DNA of 64,000 bases from Aulosira sp. ZfuVER01 (GTDB taxonomy: Bacteria; Cyanobacteriota; Cyanobacteriia; Cyanobacteriales; Nostocaceae), in contig JAVRCV020000041.1 in the NCBI GenBank assembly GCA_034530615.2, positions 128,001-192,000 of the forward strand, in the 5' to 3' direction. Below, in pieces: positions 10,037 to 19,496 of this stretch (the first letter of the stretch is position 1; every line of letters starts with the position of its first letter). The notes beneath the pieces are model-generated. The model saw nothing but the letters and a program-made list of their open reading frames with translations, did not search any database and had not been told where the DNA came from. The position numbers and the translations under genes are program-made.

Positions 10037-10849
10037 ATGAAGACTTTGAATCTGAAAAAGTTACTAGCTCAACCAGAAGTATTGTCAATCATCCAAGAGA
10101 TGTTAAATATTACTGGTAATAATATTGGTATCTATGATAGTCATGAAAAACTTTTATTAGGGAAAGAGCAAGAAAAATTTTCCATATCAGTACCCATTCA
10201 AATAGAAGGTTTAGTAATTGGTTGGATTCGAGGAGATTCTACAGCTACGGCAATTGCATCGCTGCTAAACTATTTAACAAATCGGGAATTAGAACGGAAA
10301 AAGCTCGCTCAAGAAGCACTGGATAAATATCAAGAGATTAATCTCATCTATAGTATTTCGGATAAACTAACTGCTAATTTAAAATTACAAGAAGTTACCC
10401 AAATTCTCATTGAAGAAATCAAAAAGAGAATTGCTGCGACTAGTGGAGCAATTATGCTTCTCGATCCCGATAAGCGACAATTAGAAATTATTTCTGCATT
10501 CGGTCAGCAATATCACCACAAATCAACTGTAATACCAATCACTGGAATTATTGGTCATGTACTCCTTGAAGGTAGAGGCGAAATTGTCAATGATGTCCTT
10601 GCCGATCCGAGATTTGTGCGTGCAACTGACCCGCTTAACTCGCTCATTTGTGTGCCACTTTTGAGTAAAGATAAAGCGATTGGCGTTATTACTATTAGCA
10701 GTGAAGAATCAACTTTTTACAAAGCAGCAGATCTGAAAATTATTAAGGCTTTAGCTACTCAAGTAACATCAGCGATCGCTAATGCTATTCTCCATGAAAA
10801 GATGCTGCGAGAACAGCAGGTTATTAGCAAAATGGAAAGATATTTTTAA
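10037..10849 (+). CDS. GAF-domain protein without an output domain (possibly truncated)
   Basis: Paralogous to the N-terminal half of 3843..5453 (LDKY.EI.L.Y, EIVNDVL.DPR, SLIC.PL); ends at MERYF. Confidence 0.8.
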   Translation: MKTLNLKKLLAQPEVLSIIQEMLNITGNNIGIYDSHEKLLLGKEQEKFSISVPIQIEGLVIGWIRGDSTATAIASLLNYLTNRELERKKLAQEALDKYQEINLIYSISDKLTANLKLQEVTQILIEEIKKRIAATSGAIMLLDPDKRQLEIISAFGQQYHHKSTVIPITGIIGHVLLEGRGEIVNDVLADPRFVRATDPLNSLICVPLLSKDKAIGVITISSEESTFYKAADLKIIKALATQVTSAIANAILHEKMLREQQVISKMERYF

Positions 10850-10869
10850 ATTTAAATAGGGTTTTGTAG

Positions 10870-11643
10870 ATGAATATTTTTCTTGAACTCCCATTACGCA
10901 CCAAAAAAAATAGACAAGCTGGATTAACAGTTTTAATTGATAATGGTGTACCCACTGGATATTTTGCTGATGTAATTAATAGTCATAGAGACTTTATTGA
11001 TATTGTCAAATTTGGCTGGTGTAGTTCCTTAATTACAAAAGATATTTATCAAAAAATTGAATGTCTGCAATTAAATGGGGTGCAATTTTATTTTGGCGGA
11101 ACTTTCTTTGAAAAATGTCTCATCCAGGGCAAGCTGAATGATTTTTATAATTATCACAAGGCTTTTGGCTGCACTCACATGGAGATTTCTAACGGTACTA
11201 TCAACCTCAGCAACCGCGAAAAAGCTAAATATGTTGCGGAGTTCTCCCTAGAGTTCACAATCTTGAGTGAAGTTGGTTACAAGGATTCAGAAAAATCCCA
11301 AGAATTATCTGCAAATAGTTGGGTGGAATATATTTGGCAAGACTTAGAAGCAGGTGCATCCAAAGTAATTACCGAAGCCAGAGAAAGTGGTAGATCTGGT
11401 ATATGCCAAAAAAATGGAGAATTGCGTTATGCAATTATCTCTGAAATTCTCAACTCGGGAATTAATCCAGACAACTTGATTTTTGAAGCGCCAACGAAGG
11501 ATTTACAAACATACTTTATTACCGAAGTGGGAGCAAATGTCAACTTAGCAAATATCAGCTTTGATGGGGTTCTAAGTTTAGAAAGTCTGAGATTAGGATT
11601 GAGATCGGATACTTTACTTTTGTTTGAAGGAACTTTAGTATGA
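10870..11643 (+). CDS. comA: Phosphosulfolactate synthase family (ComA/HSA32-like)
   Basis: GLTVLIDNG, IDIVKFGW, GGTFFE, EISNGTI, LSEVGYKD, VITEARESG, LIFEAP, NVNLANI, LESLRLGLRSDT. Confidence 0.88.
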   Translation: MNIFLELPLRTKKNRQAGLTVLIDNGVPTGYFADVINSHRDFIDIVKFGWCSSLITKDIYQKIECLQLNGVQFYFGGTFFEKCLIQGKLNDFYNYHKAFGCTHMEISNGTINLSNREKAKYVAEFSLEFTILSEVGYKDSEKSQELSANSWVEYIWQDLEAGASKVITEARESGRSGICQKNGELRYAIISEILNSGINPDNLIFEAPTKDLQTYFITEVGANVNLANISFDGVLSLESLRLGLRSDTLLLFEGTLV

Positions 11644-12041
11644 GAAGTTCAGAAAATGTCTTTCATTTAGCAATTCCCTGTAAAGAACTTGAGGAAACAG
11701 TAGATTTTTATGTAAATAAACTTAATTGTCAGTTGGCTCGTAGATATGCAGATCGCGCCACTTTTAATTTTTTTGGCGATCAGTTAGTTTGTCATCTCGA
11801 TCCCGAAAAGATAGATTTAAATCCCCAAATTTATCCTCGACATTTTGGTATTACTTTTAAACATAAAAGCGATTTTGACTATCTGCTGAGTTTGGTTGAG
11901 CAGCGGCAAATTAAACTCTTCCAAAAACTTATGCTAAGGTTTGCCGGAAAACCAGAAGAACACATGACATTTTTCTTAAAAGACCCTTCTAATAATTTAT
12001 TGGAATTTAAATATTATTTAAATTCAGAGATGATGTATTGA
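11640..12041 (+). CDS. VOC/glyoxalase-family protein
   Basis: FHLAIP, FFGDQLVCH, PRHFG, FLKDPSNNLLEFK; ATGA overlap with comA. Confidence 0.88.
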   Translation: MRSSENVFHLAIPCKELEETVDFYVNKLNCQLARRYADRATFNFFGDQLVCHLDPEKIDLNPQIYPRHFGITFKHKSDFDYLLSLVEQRQIKLFQKLMLRFAGKPEEHMTFFLKDPSNNLLEFKYYLNSEMMY

Positions 12042-12216
12042 CAAAATAAGAGTTTAGATGCCATAGTATTAGCCTAATTTTGTTTTTTGAGAGATAAAAA
12101 TGTCATCAAAATTCTTAGATCTCTTAGCAAGATTGGCAGATTTATCTGTTTTATGCGTTGCCAATAACCGATAAAATAATTGAAATAATATATTTACAAA
12201 AAAATTAGAGGTAATT

Positions 12217-12609
12217 ATGAGTAAAAAAATTTTAATTGTAGATGATGAAGTACATATCCGGTTGTTGTTAGAGCAAACCCTAGAAGAATTAGAAGATGTA
12301 GGAGTAGAGTTGCTAGTTGCTGATAATGGTGAGAGCGGCTTAGAAAAGATTAAATCTGAACAACCGAACCTCGTATTTTTAGATGTAATGATGCCCAAAC
12401 TCAGTGGATTTGATGTGTGTAATGAAGTGAAAAATGTCCTGGGTATGAAAGATATTTACATCATTATGCTGACGGCTAAAGGACAGGAGTTTGACCAACA
12501 AAAAGGTAAAGAAGTAGGTGCAGATCTATACTTAACTAAGCCTTTTGACCCCGATGAAGTGTTAGAAAAGTCGCAAGAAGTTTTAGGGCTTGTAGGGACT
12601 TCCAATTAA
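12217..12609 (+). CDS. Single-domain response regulator
   Basis: ILIVDDE, FLDVMMP, MLTAKG, YLTKPF. Confidence 0.95.
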   Translation: MSKKILIVDDEVHIRLLLEQTLEELEDVGVELLVADNGESGLEKIKSEQPNLVFLDVMMPKLSGFDVCNEVKNVLGMKDIYIIMLTAKGQEFDQQKGKEVGADLYLTKPFDPDEVLEKSQEVLGLVGTSN

Positions 12610-12779
12610 AAAAATACCCCATCGCACAGAAGAGGGACAAAGAAGACAAGAAAGACAAATTCTTGTCGATCATACAAATTGTATAATTTATTTTTTGAGT
12701 ACTCGTATACGAACTATAGCAAAAGTAAGATAGCTGCGATCAAGTCTATTTTCTTTCTTTTGCCTTTTACCTTCGGGTT

Positions 12780-12833
12780 CGCCACTTGACGGCAGTTGTT
12801 ACAACGGGGGGAACCCGTCCACCGCAGTGGCTC
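12780..12833 (+). repeat. Small dispersed repeat (GCCAC...GTGGC family)
   Basis: CGCCACTTG...ACAACGGGGGGAACCCGTCCACCGCAGTGGCTC, similar to copies at 47418, 57447 and 63861. Confidence 0.7.
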
Positions 12834-12892
12834 ACCTTTTAACTTTTAACTTATTCGGTGATACGATTTGGATCGTATTACTTATTAGCAGT

Positions 12893-13231
12893 ATGACACT
12901 GGCACTTGGCATGATTGAAGTTTATGGCGTTCCCGCAGCAGTCGAAGCCGGAGATGCTATGTGTAAAGCTGCCCGCATCACTCTTGTAGGGTATGAAAAT
13001 ACTGATTTAGGACGGATTACAGTATTAATTCGCGGGGAAGTGGGAGAGGTAAATGTTGCTGTAATCTCAGGATTAGGGGCGGTAGGGCGAGTTAATGGTG
13101 GCGAGGTGCTTTCGCATCATATTATTCCGCGTCCCCATGAAAATTTAGAATATGTGTTACCGATTCATCGCAGTGCCAATGTTGAGCAGTTCAGTGCCGA
13201 TATCCGGTTTCCTCCGCCCCTATCAGCGTAA
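12893..13231 (+). CDS. ccmK: BMC-H shell protein, CcmK family (satellite paralog, possibly CcmK6-type)
   Basis: [32 protein letters not shown]...[15 protein letters not shown] at 12893 matches the usual CcmK N-terminus. Subclass is uncertain. Confidence 0.85.
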   Translation: MTLALGMIEVYGVPAAVEAGDAMCKAARITLVGYENTDLGRITVLIRGEVGEVNVAVISGLGAVGRVNGGEVLSHHIIPRPHENLEYVLPIHRSANVEQFSADIRFPPPLSA

Positions 13232-13240
13232 AAAACTCCT

Positions 13241-14410
13241 ATGAAATCCTTAACATCTCGTATGCAGGCGGTACAGTCGCCAATCATTCCTGTTGTTGGG
13301 GAACTGATTAAAAACTCTCCCGGAACCATTTCTTTAGGACAAGGTGTGGTTTCTTACAATCCTCCACCCCAAGCAACAGAGTTTTTAGCTAAATTCTTGG
13401 CTGAACCGACAAATAATTTATATAAAGCAGTTGAAGGAATTCCGCCATTAGTAGCAGCATTAGCCGCTAAGTTACAAGCTTTCAATGGCATAGAAATTAA
13501 CAAAGAAAACTTTATAGTTGTCACGGCTGGGAGCAACATGGGTTTTATCAACGCCATTCTGGCAATCACTAGCCCAGGTGACGAGATTATTTTGAATAAG
13601 CCTTACTATTTCAACCACGAAATGGCCATTACAATGGCAGGTTGTCATCCGGTATTAGTAGAGACGGATGAAAATTACCAACTGCGTCTAGAAGCGATCA
13701 CCCAAGCAATTACGCCCAAAACACGTGCTATAGTCACAGTTTCCCCCAATAATCCCACAGGGGTGGTGTATTCAGAAACAGCATTGCGGGAAGTTAACCA
13801 ATTATGTTGCGATCGCGGGATTTATCATATTAGCGATGAAGCCTATGAATACTTTACCTATAACGGAGTAAAACACATTTCTCCTGGTGCTTTTGCTGGT
13901 AGTAGCGACTACACCATTTCTCTTTACAGCCTTTCTAAAGCTTATGGTTTTGCTAGTTGGCGTATTGGTTATATGGTAATTCCCCAACACCTGCTGGTTC
14001 CTGTCAAAAAAGTCCAAGATACGATTTTGATTTGTGCCCCAGTAATTTCTCAGTATGCAGCGTTGGGCGCATTACAAGCAAAAGACGAGTATTTAAAAGA
14101 AAATATTGGTGCGATTGCCCAAGTACGACAATTGGTACTGAAATCTCTCAATCGCTTACAAGGCTTATGTACTATTACTCCTGCTGATGGTGCTTTCTAC
14201 TTTTTCTTGAGAGTTCATACTCAAATTAATGCTTTCGAGTTAGTGAAAAGATTAATCCAAGAACATCAAGTAGCCGTTATTCCCGGTACAACCTTTGGCA
14301 TGGAAGACGGATGTTATCTGCGTGTAGCCTACGGTGCGCTGCAACAAGAGACAGCAAAAGAAGGTATAGAAAGATTAGTCCAAGGCTTGCAAACGATATT
14401 GGTTAATTAG
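13241..14410 (+). CDS. PLP-dependent aminotransferase class I/II
   Basis: SPNNPTG, SDEAY, SLSKAYGFASWRIG. Confidence 0.93.
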   Translation: MKSLTSRMQAVQSPIIPVVGELIKNSPGTISLGQGVVSYNPPPQATEFLAKFLAEPTNNLYKAVEGIPPLVAALAAKLQAFNGIEINKENFIVVTAGSNMGFINAILAITSPGDEIILNKPYYFNHEMAITMAGCHPVLVETDENYQLRLEAITQAITPKTRAIVTVSPNNPTGVVYSETALREVNQLCCDRGIYHISDEAYEYFTYNGVKHISPGAFAGSSDYTISLYSLSKAYGFASWRIGYMVIPQHLLVPVKKVQDTILICAPVISQYAALGALQAKDEYLKENIGAIAQVRQLVLKSLNRLQGLCTITPADGAFYFFLRVHTQINAFELVKRLIQEHQVAVIPGTTFGMEDGCYLRVAYGALQQETAKEGIERLVQGLQTILVN

Positions 14411-14434
14411 GTAAGATAATTCGTAATTGAAGAT

Positions 14435-14872
14435 ATGAAAATTTTTAATCAGCTAATTGAAATCGCAACTAATGAAGGAATTAATATTCATAACATTACC
14501 CCGCAAATTCAAGATTTAATTAATTCCACAGCGATTCAAAATGGACAAGCTTTAGTGTTTTCTCGACACACGACAACTGCTTTGGCTATCAATGAAAATG
14601 AAGAACGCTTATTAGAAGATGTAAAAGTATTTTTACGAAAATTAGCACCGGAATCGGAGCGATACTTACATAACGATCTGCATTTAAGGGTTGTCCCAGA
14701 AGATGAACCGATGAATGCTCACTCTCACTTAATGGCTATGATGCTAACCACTAGCGAAGTTATTCCGATTGTCGATGGCAAATTAGCCTTGGGAACTTGG
14801 CAATCAGTATTGTTTTTTGAGTTAGATGGCCCGCGTAACCGTACAGTGTTTGTACAAATTTCTGGCGAGTAA
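14435..14872 (+). CDS. yjbQ: YjbQ/UPF0047 family protein
   Basis: HTTTALAINENE, NAHSHL, LALGTWQ, ELDGPRNR. Confidence 0.9.
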   Translation: MKIFNQLIEIATNEGINIHNITPQIQDLINSTAIQNGQALVFSRHTTTALAINENEERLLEDVKVFLRKLAPESERYLHNDLHLRVVPEDEPMNAHSHLMAMMLTTSEVIPIVDGKLALGTWQSVLFFELDGPRNRTVFVQISGE

Positions 14873-14972
14873 AGGCTGTAGCGATCGCTTCTGCTGTGTC
14901 GTATTGACTGGTATGCTGTCACGAGAAATGCGATCGCCAGAGTAATTGATTCAGCTAGGATCGCACTGAGAA

Positions 14973-15650
14973 CTAATCCAAACTAAATTCCACAAACTCT
15001 ATTGGCCCAAACAACTGTTTTTTATCGATTGCCGATAAAACTTTATTATTAGTACGGTCAGAATTTAAAGCACGGACAACAAACTGCGCCACATCTGCAC
15101 GATGGATACTACCAACAACCCGCGCATCTTCAGTTAAAACTCCATTGCCAGTTGCAGGTTCCGACTTTAACCCACCAGGACGGATAATTGTATAAATGAG
15201 TCCACTAGTAATCAGATGTTGTTCGGCCTTATCTTTTTCAACCAAAACTTCTTTCAAGGCTTCCAAAGCTTGCGGGGACAAAGCACCAACACTATTGCCA
15301 GTGCCAATGGAAGATACAAGAATAAACTTTTGTACCCCAGCTTTGACTGCTGCATCAATCAGATTTTTATTACCAAGATAATCAGGACGCTCAGTATTAT
15401 TCGGTAAACCACCTATAGTACTGATAACGGTATCGACGGGTTCACCTGTCAGTATTGCACGTTCTACATCATCTACGTTCAAAGCATCTCCAAAAACCAC
15501 CTGAATACCTAATGCTTCTAGTTCAGGAGCAGTAGTTTCCTTTCTCAGCAGTGCTTTAACTTTTAGCTGTTGTGCTGTTAGGTATTTAGCAATTTCCCGC
15601 CCAACACCACGGCTTGCTCCTGCCAGAAAAATGTAAGATGTCTTTGTCAT
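14973..15650 (-). CDS. Atypical SDR / NAD(P)-binding oxidoreductase
   Basis: AGASRGVG Rossmann motif, KDKAEQHL, YTIIRPGGL, IHRADVA. Confidence 0.88.
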   Translation of the reverse strand: MTKTSYIFLAGASRGVGREIAKYLTAQQLKVKALLRKETTAPELEALGIQVVFGDALNVDDVERAILTGEPVDTVISTIGGLPNNTERPDYLGNKNLIDAAVKAGVQKFILVSSIGTGNSVGALSPQALEALKEVLVEKDKAEQHLITSGLIYTIIRPGGLKSEPATGNGVLTEDARVVGSIHRADVAQFVVRALNSDRTNNKVLSAIDKKQLFGPIEFVEFSLD

Positions 15651-16194
15651 AATTGACTGTTATTTCTCTTGAACGACTGAATTGCTGACATTCCAAGGAT
15701 TTTACCAAAGGATGAACAGTATTTAGTAAATACATTAATTGCTGGGGATGGTTGCGAAATACGTACTAGCACTGTTAAAAAATATCTTGTTTACAGGTTG
15801 TGGTACTGAATATTTCCTTACTGATTCAATTTACTACTTAATATAGAAGCCCTTTGATATATATGTAATTGGGTAGAGATTTGAGTATCACATTCATAAA
15901 GAAAAGAACAACTATTTCAGGACTAGATGCAGGTGTAATGTCTGCTAAAAAAGCAATTGTTGCTCTAAGCATAAATACTGTTTCTGTCCCTCAATTTGTC
16001 CTATATTGAAGATACAGCCTACCCATGAACTGCTGATAACAAGGGACACCTTATCTATAGTAATACACTGATTATGTCAAGAAAATATGACATTCAAGTA
16101 TTAATCCTTAAATTGTTAAGTAATTATTATTACATTTTTATATCAGATTCTCTTATAATTAAAAAATTTATCATTAAGTTTTACTTATTATTTT

Positions 16195-16210
16195 TGTAGT
16201 TGTACATACA
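16195..16210. promoter_or_regulatory. NtcA-like palindrome
   Basis: TGTA-GTTGTACA-TACA matches GTA-N8-TAC; no clear -10 box at the canonical spacing. Confidence 0.35.
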
Positions 16211-17099
16211 TTATTTATAAGCAAAATTTATCACATTTGCTTGAATGAGACGCATATATACAGCTTTTCAAGGATAAAGCTACGGTGTATCAATTTTGAT
16301 GTAGTAACCGTATTTTTTATTACAAAGTGTTTGAGAACTTTAATTATTCTTAGTAATTACAGAGAATTACGGATACTTTTTTTAATAAAAAATTTAACAA
16401 TAATTTTATGAATTAATTTTTGGAACTTTAAATAATGCATATTACATACTGCCAGCAGTGAAATTAAATGCTATTTACGAACTGTGAGCAAGGTAGTATA
16501 AAGTTTAATTTTTCCAAGAAAGTGCCTAATGGCTATTAAGAAATAGATTTGTTCTGTGTGACTGAGATTGCTGTTATAACGGTGCATTTATACCTCACAG
16601 TCATTAAGGAGTAACTAGTTTTCTATGCTGAAAAATTGTCTTGTTTTCTGTTAATACTATATGTTCATGTTCTAGAACAATATGTTTACTTATAGGTGCT
16701 TCACTTCAACTTCTAGAACAAAAGTCAAAATATAGAACTGCTATTTAATTTGAATGCGGCTCTTTTGAAAAGACAATCTTTGCTTTGGTACAAAACCTGA
16801 ATTTAATATTTAACAAGAGAGTGAGGTTTTAAATCACTCAAGAATAGCTTTGTTCAAAATTTAAAAATCTTTATTTTTAGGCTATAGCTTACCATTACGA
16901 AAATAAGCTGATAAGTAAAAGTTCAGTATGGAAAAAGATTGAAAATTGTATTACGTCTTCCTAAAATAACTGCATCTTTTTGATTAATAACATGAGGCTT
17001 AAATAAGCATTTTAATATGCCTATTTGAGTTCAATTATGCTGAAAATGCTAGAGAGTTTAGTTGAATTTAACACTAGTTTGAAGAGAAAAATATAGCTT

Positions 17100-18014
17100 A
17101 TGAATACACAAGCAAAAGCGTTACTTTCACCGCTATTTGGGCTAATACGCATTTATCATAATTTGCAGTGGGAACTAGTTCTCATGTGGCAATTTATCTG
17201 GCGTGATTACTCAAGCGCCTTGCTACCTGGATTACTATTTTTAATAGCTGCTTGGAAAGTTAACTTATTGCCTTTAAATGAATTACCGTTGCAAATAGGC
17301 CGCGGCATCATTTATTTTTGGCTTTATATTTTGTCATTTTGTATTCCAAACCAAATTGTTGGCATAGAAGAAGATAAGCTGAATAAACCTAATCGTCCCC
17401 TTGTGACAGGACTTGTTTCTGTTCATGGAGCTTTGGTAAGGTGGGTTGTAAGCATGATTTTCTTTTCGTGTGTAGGATGGTGGTTTGGGGTTTTAGAGTG
17501 GGCACTACTCTGGCAAATCTGCATTATTTTGAATAACTTTGGCAGATGGGACAAGCACTGGATTACCAAAAACATAATCATGGGAGTAGGCACAGTTGCT
17601 CAACTTGCAGCGGCTTATCAACTAGTAGCACCTTTAACTCCTATTGCATGGCGTTGGATTTTAGTGTTGGCTGGTGTGTGGCTAACTATCTCTGCTGTTC
17701 AGGATTTGCGAGATATTGAAGGCGATCGCGCTATTGGTAGAAACACATTGCCAATTGCTTTTGGAGAAACTGCAAGCCGAGTAATACTGAGTTTAGGCTT
17801 TGCATTGTTGCCATTCGCGACTCATTTATTATTAATGATGCCTGTAGGAATAACAGCAAAAGTATTACTTTGCGATATGGCTCTTGCAGTTTTGAGTTTG
17901 ATAGTTGCAGTACGGATTATCTTTTATCGTTCTCCACAAGCAGATCATCGCACCTATATGCTATTCACATACTGGTTTTGTCTAATCCTAGCTAGTGCGA
18001 TCGTTATCCTGTAA
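17100..18014 (+). CDS. UbiA-superfamily membrane protein, probable UbiA-type terpene cyclase
   Basis: Multi-TM; NQIVGIEEDKLNKPNRPL (NxxxGxxxD) and QDLRDIEGD (QDxxDxxxD). Confidence 0.8.
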   Translation: MNTQAKALLSPLFGLIRIYHNLQWELVLMWQFIWRDYSSALLPGLLFLIAAWKVNLLPLNELPLQIGRGIIYFWLYILSFCIPNQIVGIEEDKLNKPNRPLVTGLVSVHGALVRWVVSMIFFSCVGWWFGVLEWALLWQICIILNNFGRWDKHWITKNIIMGVGTVAQLAAAYQLVAPLTPIAWRWILVLAGVWLTISAVQDLRDIEGDRAIGRNTLPIAFGETASRVILSLGFALLPFATHLLLMMPVGITAKVLLCDMALAVLSLIVAVRIIFYRSPQADHRTYMLFTYWFCLILASAIVIL

Positions 18015-18088
18015 ATTTATGCCATTAACACTAGTAATACTTCAAAAATCAAAGAAAAACATTGAGCACAATTTTTGGAGAAACATAA

Positions 18089-19483
18089 ATGCAACTACCT
18101 AATCGTCTCAAAACTCCCTCTTTTCTACAAAAGCTCCAATGGATTGCCAATCCTGTAAAATACCTAGAAAAAGCCTTCCAACAGTATCCTGATATTTTCA
18201 CTGCTGAAGTGATTGGTTTTGGGGACACCCTAGTATTTGTGAACCATCCCCAAGCAATAAAAGAAATTTTAACTAACGATAGAAGAACATTTACAGCCTC
18301 CAGTGAAGTGAATAGAATTTTGCGACCCATAGTAGGTGACTATTCACTCATGATGTTGGATGGCGAATACCATAAACAACGACGACAATTGTTGATGCCC
18401 TCCTTTCATGGAGAACGGATGCGAGCTTACGGTCAGTTAATTATTCATCTGACAGAAAATATCTTTAGTCAGTTACCGTTAAACAAGCCCTTTGCTGCGG
18501 TTTATACAATGCAAGAGATTTCCTTGCAAGTTATATTACAGACTGTTTTTGGCTTTTATGAAGGAGAACGTTGCCAAAAACTCAAGCATTTAATACCAAA
18601 CTTAGTTATGCAGTTGTTTCGTTCTCCATTAGTTTCTAGCTTCTTGTTTTTTCCTTTTCTACAACGAGATTTAGGATCTTTGACACCTTGGGGGAATTTT
18701 CTGCGCTTAAGAGAGCAAGTTGATGAATTGCTTTATGCAGAAATTGCTGAACGCCGAAAGCATATCGATCCAGATCGCTTTGATATTCTTTCCTCCTTGA
18801 TGTTAGCGAGGGATGAAGCTGGCAAGCAAATGACAGATCGGGAGTTGCGCGATGAATTGATTAATTTAATGATTTCCGGGCATGAAACTACAGCAACAGC
18901 AATGGCTTGGGGACTATATTGGTTTCTTAAGAAACCAGAAGTTGGTGAAAAAATTCTTCACGAACTGCATAGCTTGGGTGATTCTCAAGATCCTATGAAA
19001 ATTTTTCAGTTACCTTATCTCACTGCTGTCTGTAATGAAACCATGCGCATTTACCCAGTGACAGTTATGACACTCCCAAGGGTAGTGCAAGAACCAGTGG
19101 AACTACTGGGACATCAATTAGAACCTGGTACAACAGTCGTGGGTAGTATTTATCTGGCACATCGGCGTCAGGATGTATATCCACAGCCCGACGAGTTTAG
19201 ACCAGAGCGTTTTCTGGAAAAACAATTTTCTCCCTATGAATTTCTGCCTTTTGGTGGTGGTGCCCGTGGTTGTATTGGTCAGGCTTTGGCTACATTTGAA
19301 ATGAAGCTAGTATTGGCAACTATTCTCTCTAAATATCAACTGGCACTAGCAGACCAACGCTCTGAGAAACCTCAACGTAGAGGTGTTGTAATTAGACCTG
19401 GAAATGGAGTCAACGTAGTAATTACAGGGCAGCGTACACCTCAACAGTCTCCAACTGCTATGGTAACTACACCAACTCTATAG
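18089..19483 (+). CDS. Cytochrome P450, CYP110-like
   Basis: SGHETT, ETMR, PERF, FGGGARGCIG; collinear with the P450 at 989. Confidence 0.95.
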   Translation: MQLPNRLKTPSFLQKLQWIANPVKYLEKAFQQYPDIFTAEVIGFGDTLVFVNHPQAIKEILTNDRRTFTASSEVNRILRPIVGDYSLMMLDGEYHKQRRQLLMPSFHGERMRAYGQLIIHLTENIFSQLPLNKPFAAVYTMQEISLQVILQTVFGFYEGERCQKLKHLIPNLVMQLFRSPLVSSFLFFPFLQRDLGSLTPWGNFLRLREQVDELLYAEIAERRKHIDPDRFDILSSLMLARDEAGKQMTDRELRDELINLMISGHETTATAMAWGLYWFLKKPEVGEKILHELHSLGDSQDPMKIFQLPYLTAVCNETMRIYPVTVMTLPRVVQEPVELLGHQLEPGTTVVGSIYLAHRRQDVYPQPDEFRPERFLEKQFSPYEFLPFGGGARGCIGQALATFEMKLVLATILSKYQLALADQRSEKPQRRGVVIRPGNGVNVVITGQRTPQQSPTAMVTTPTL

Positions 19484-19496
19484 TTCTAATACTTCT

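Noticed and set aside
12593..12707. Possible MITE starting TAGGGACTTCCAATTAAAAAAAT and overlapping the response regulator stop
   Set aside because: The right-hand inverted repeat is too degenerate and there is no second copy in the window.
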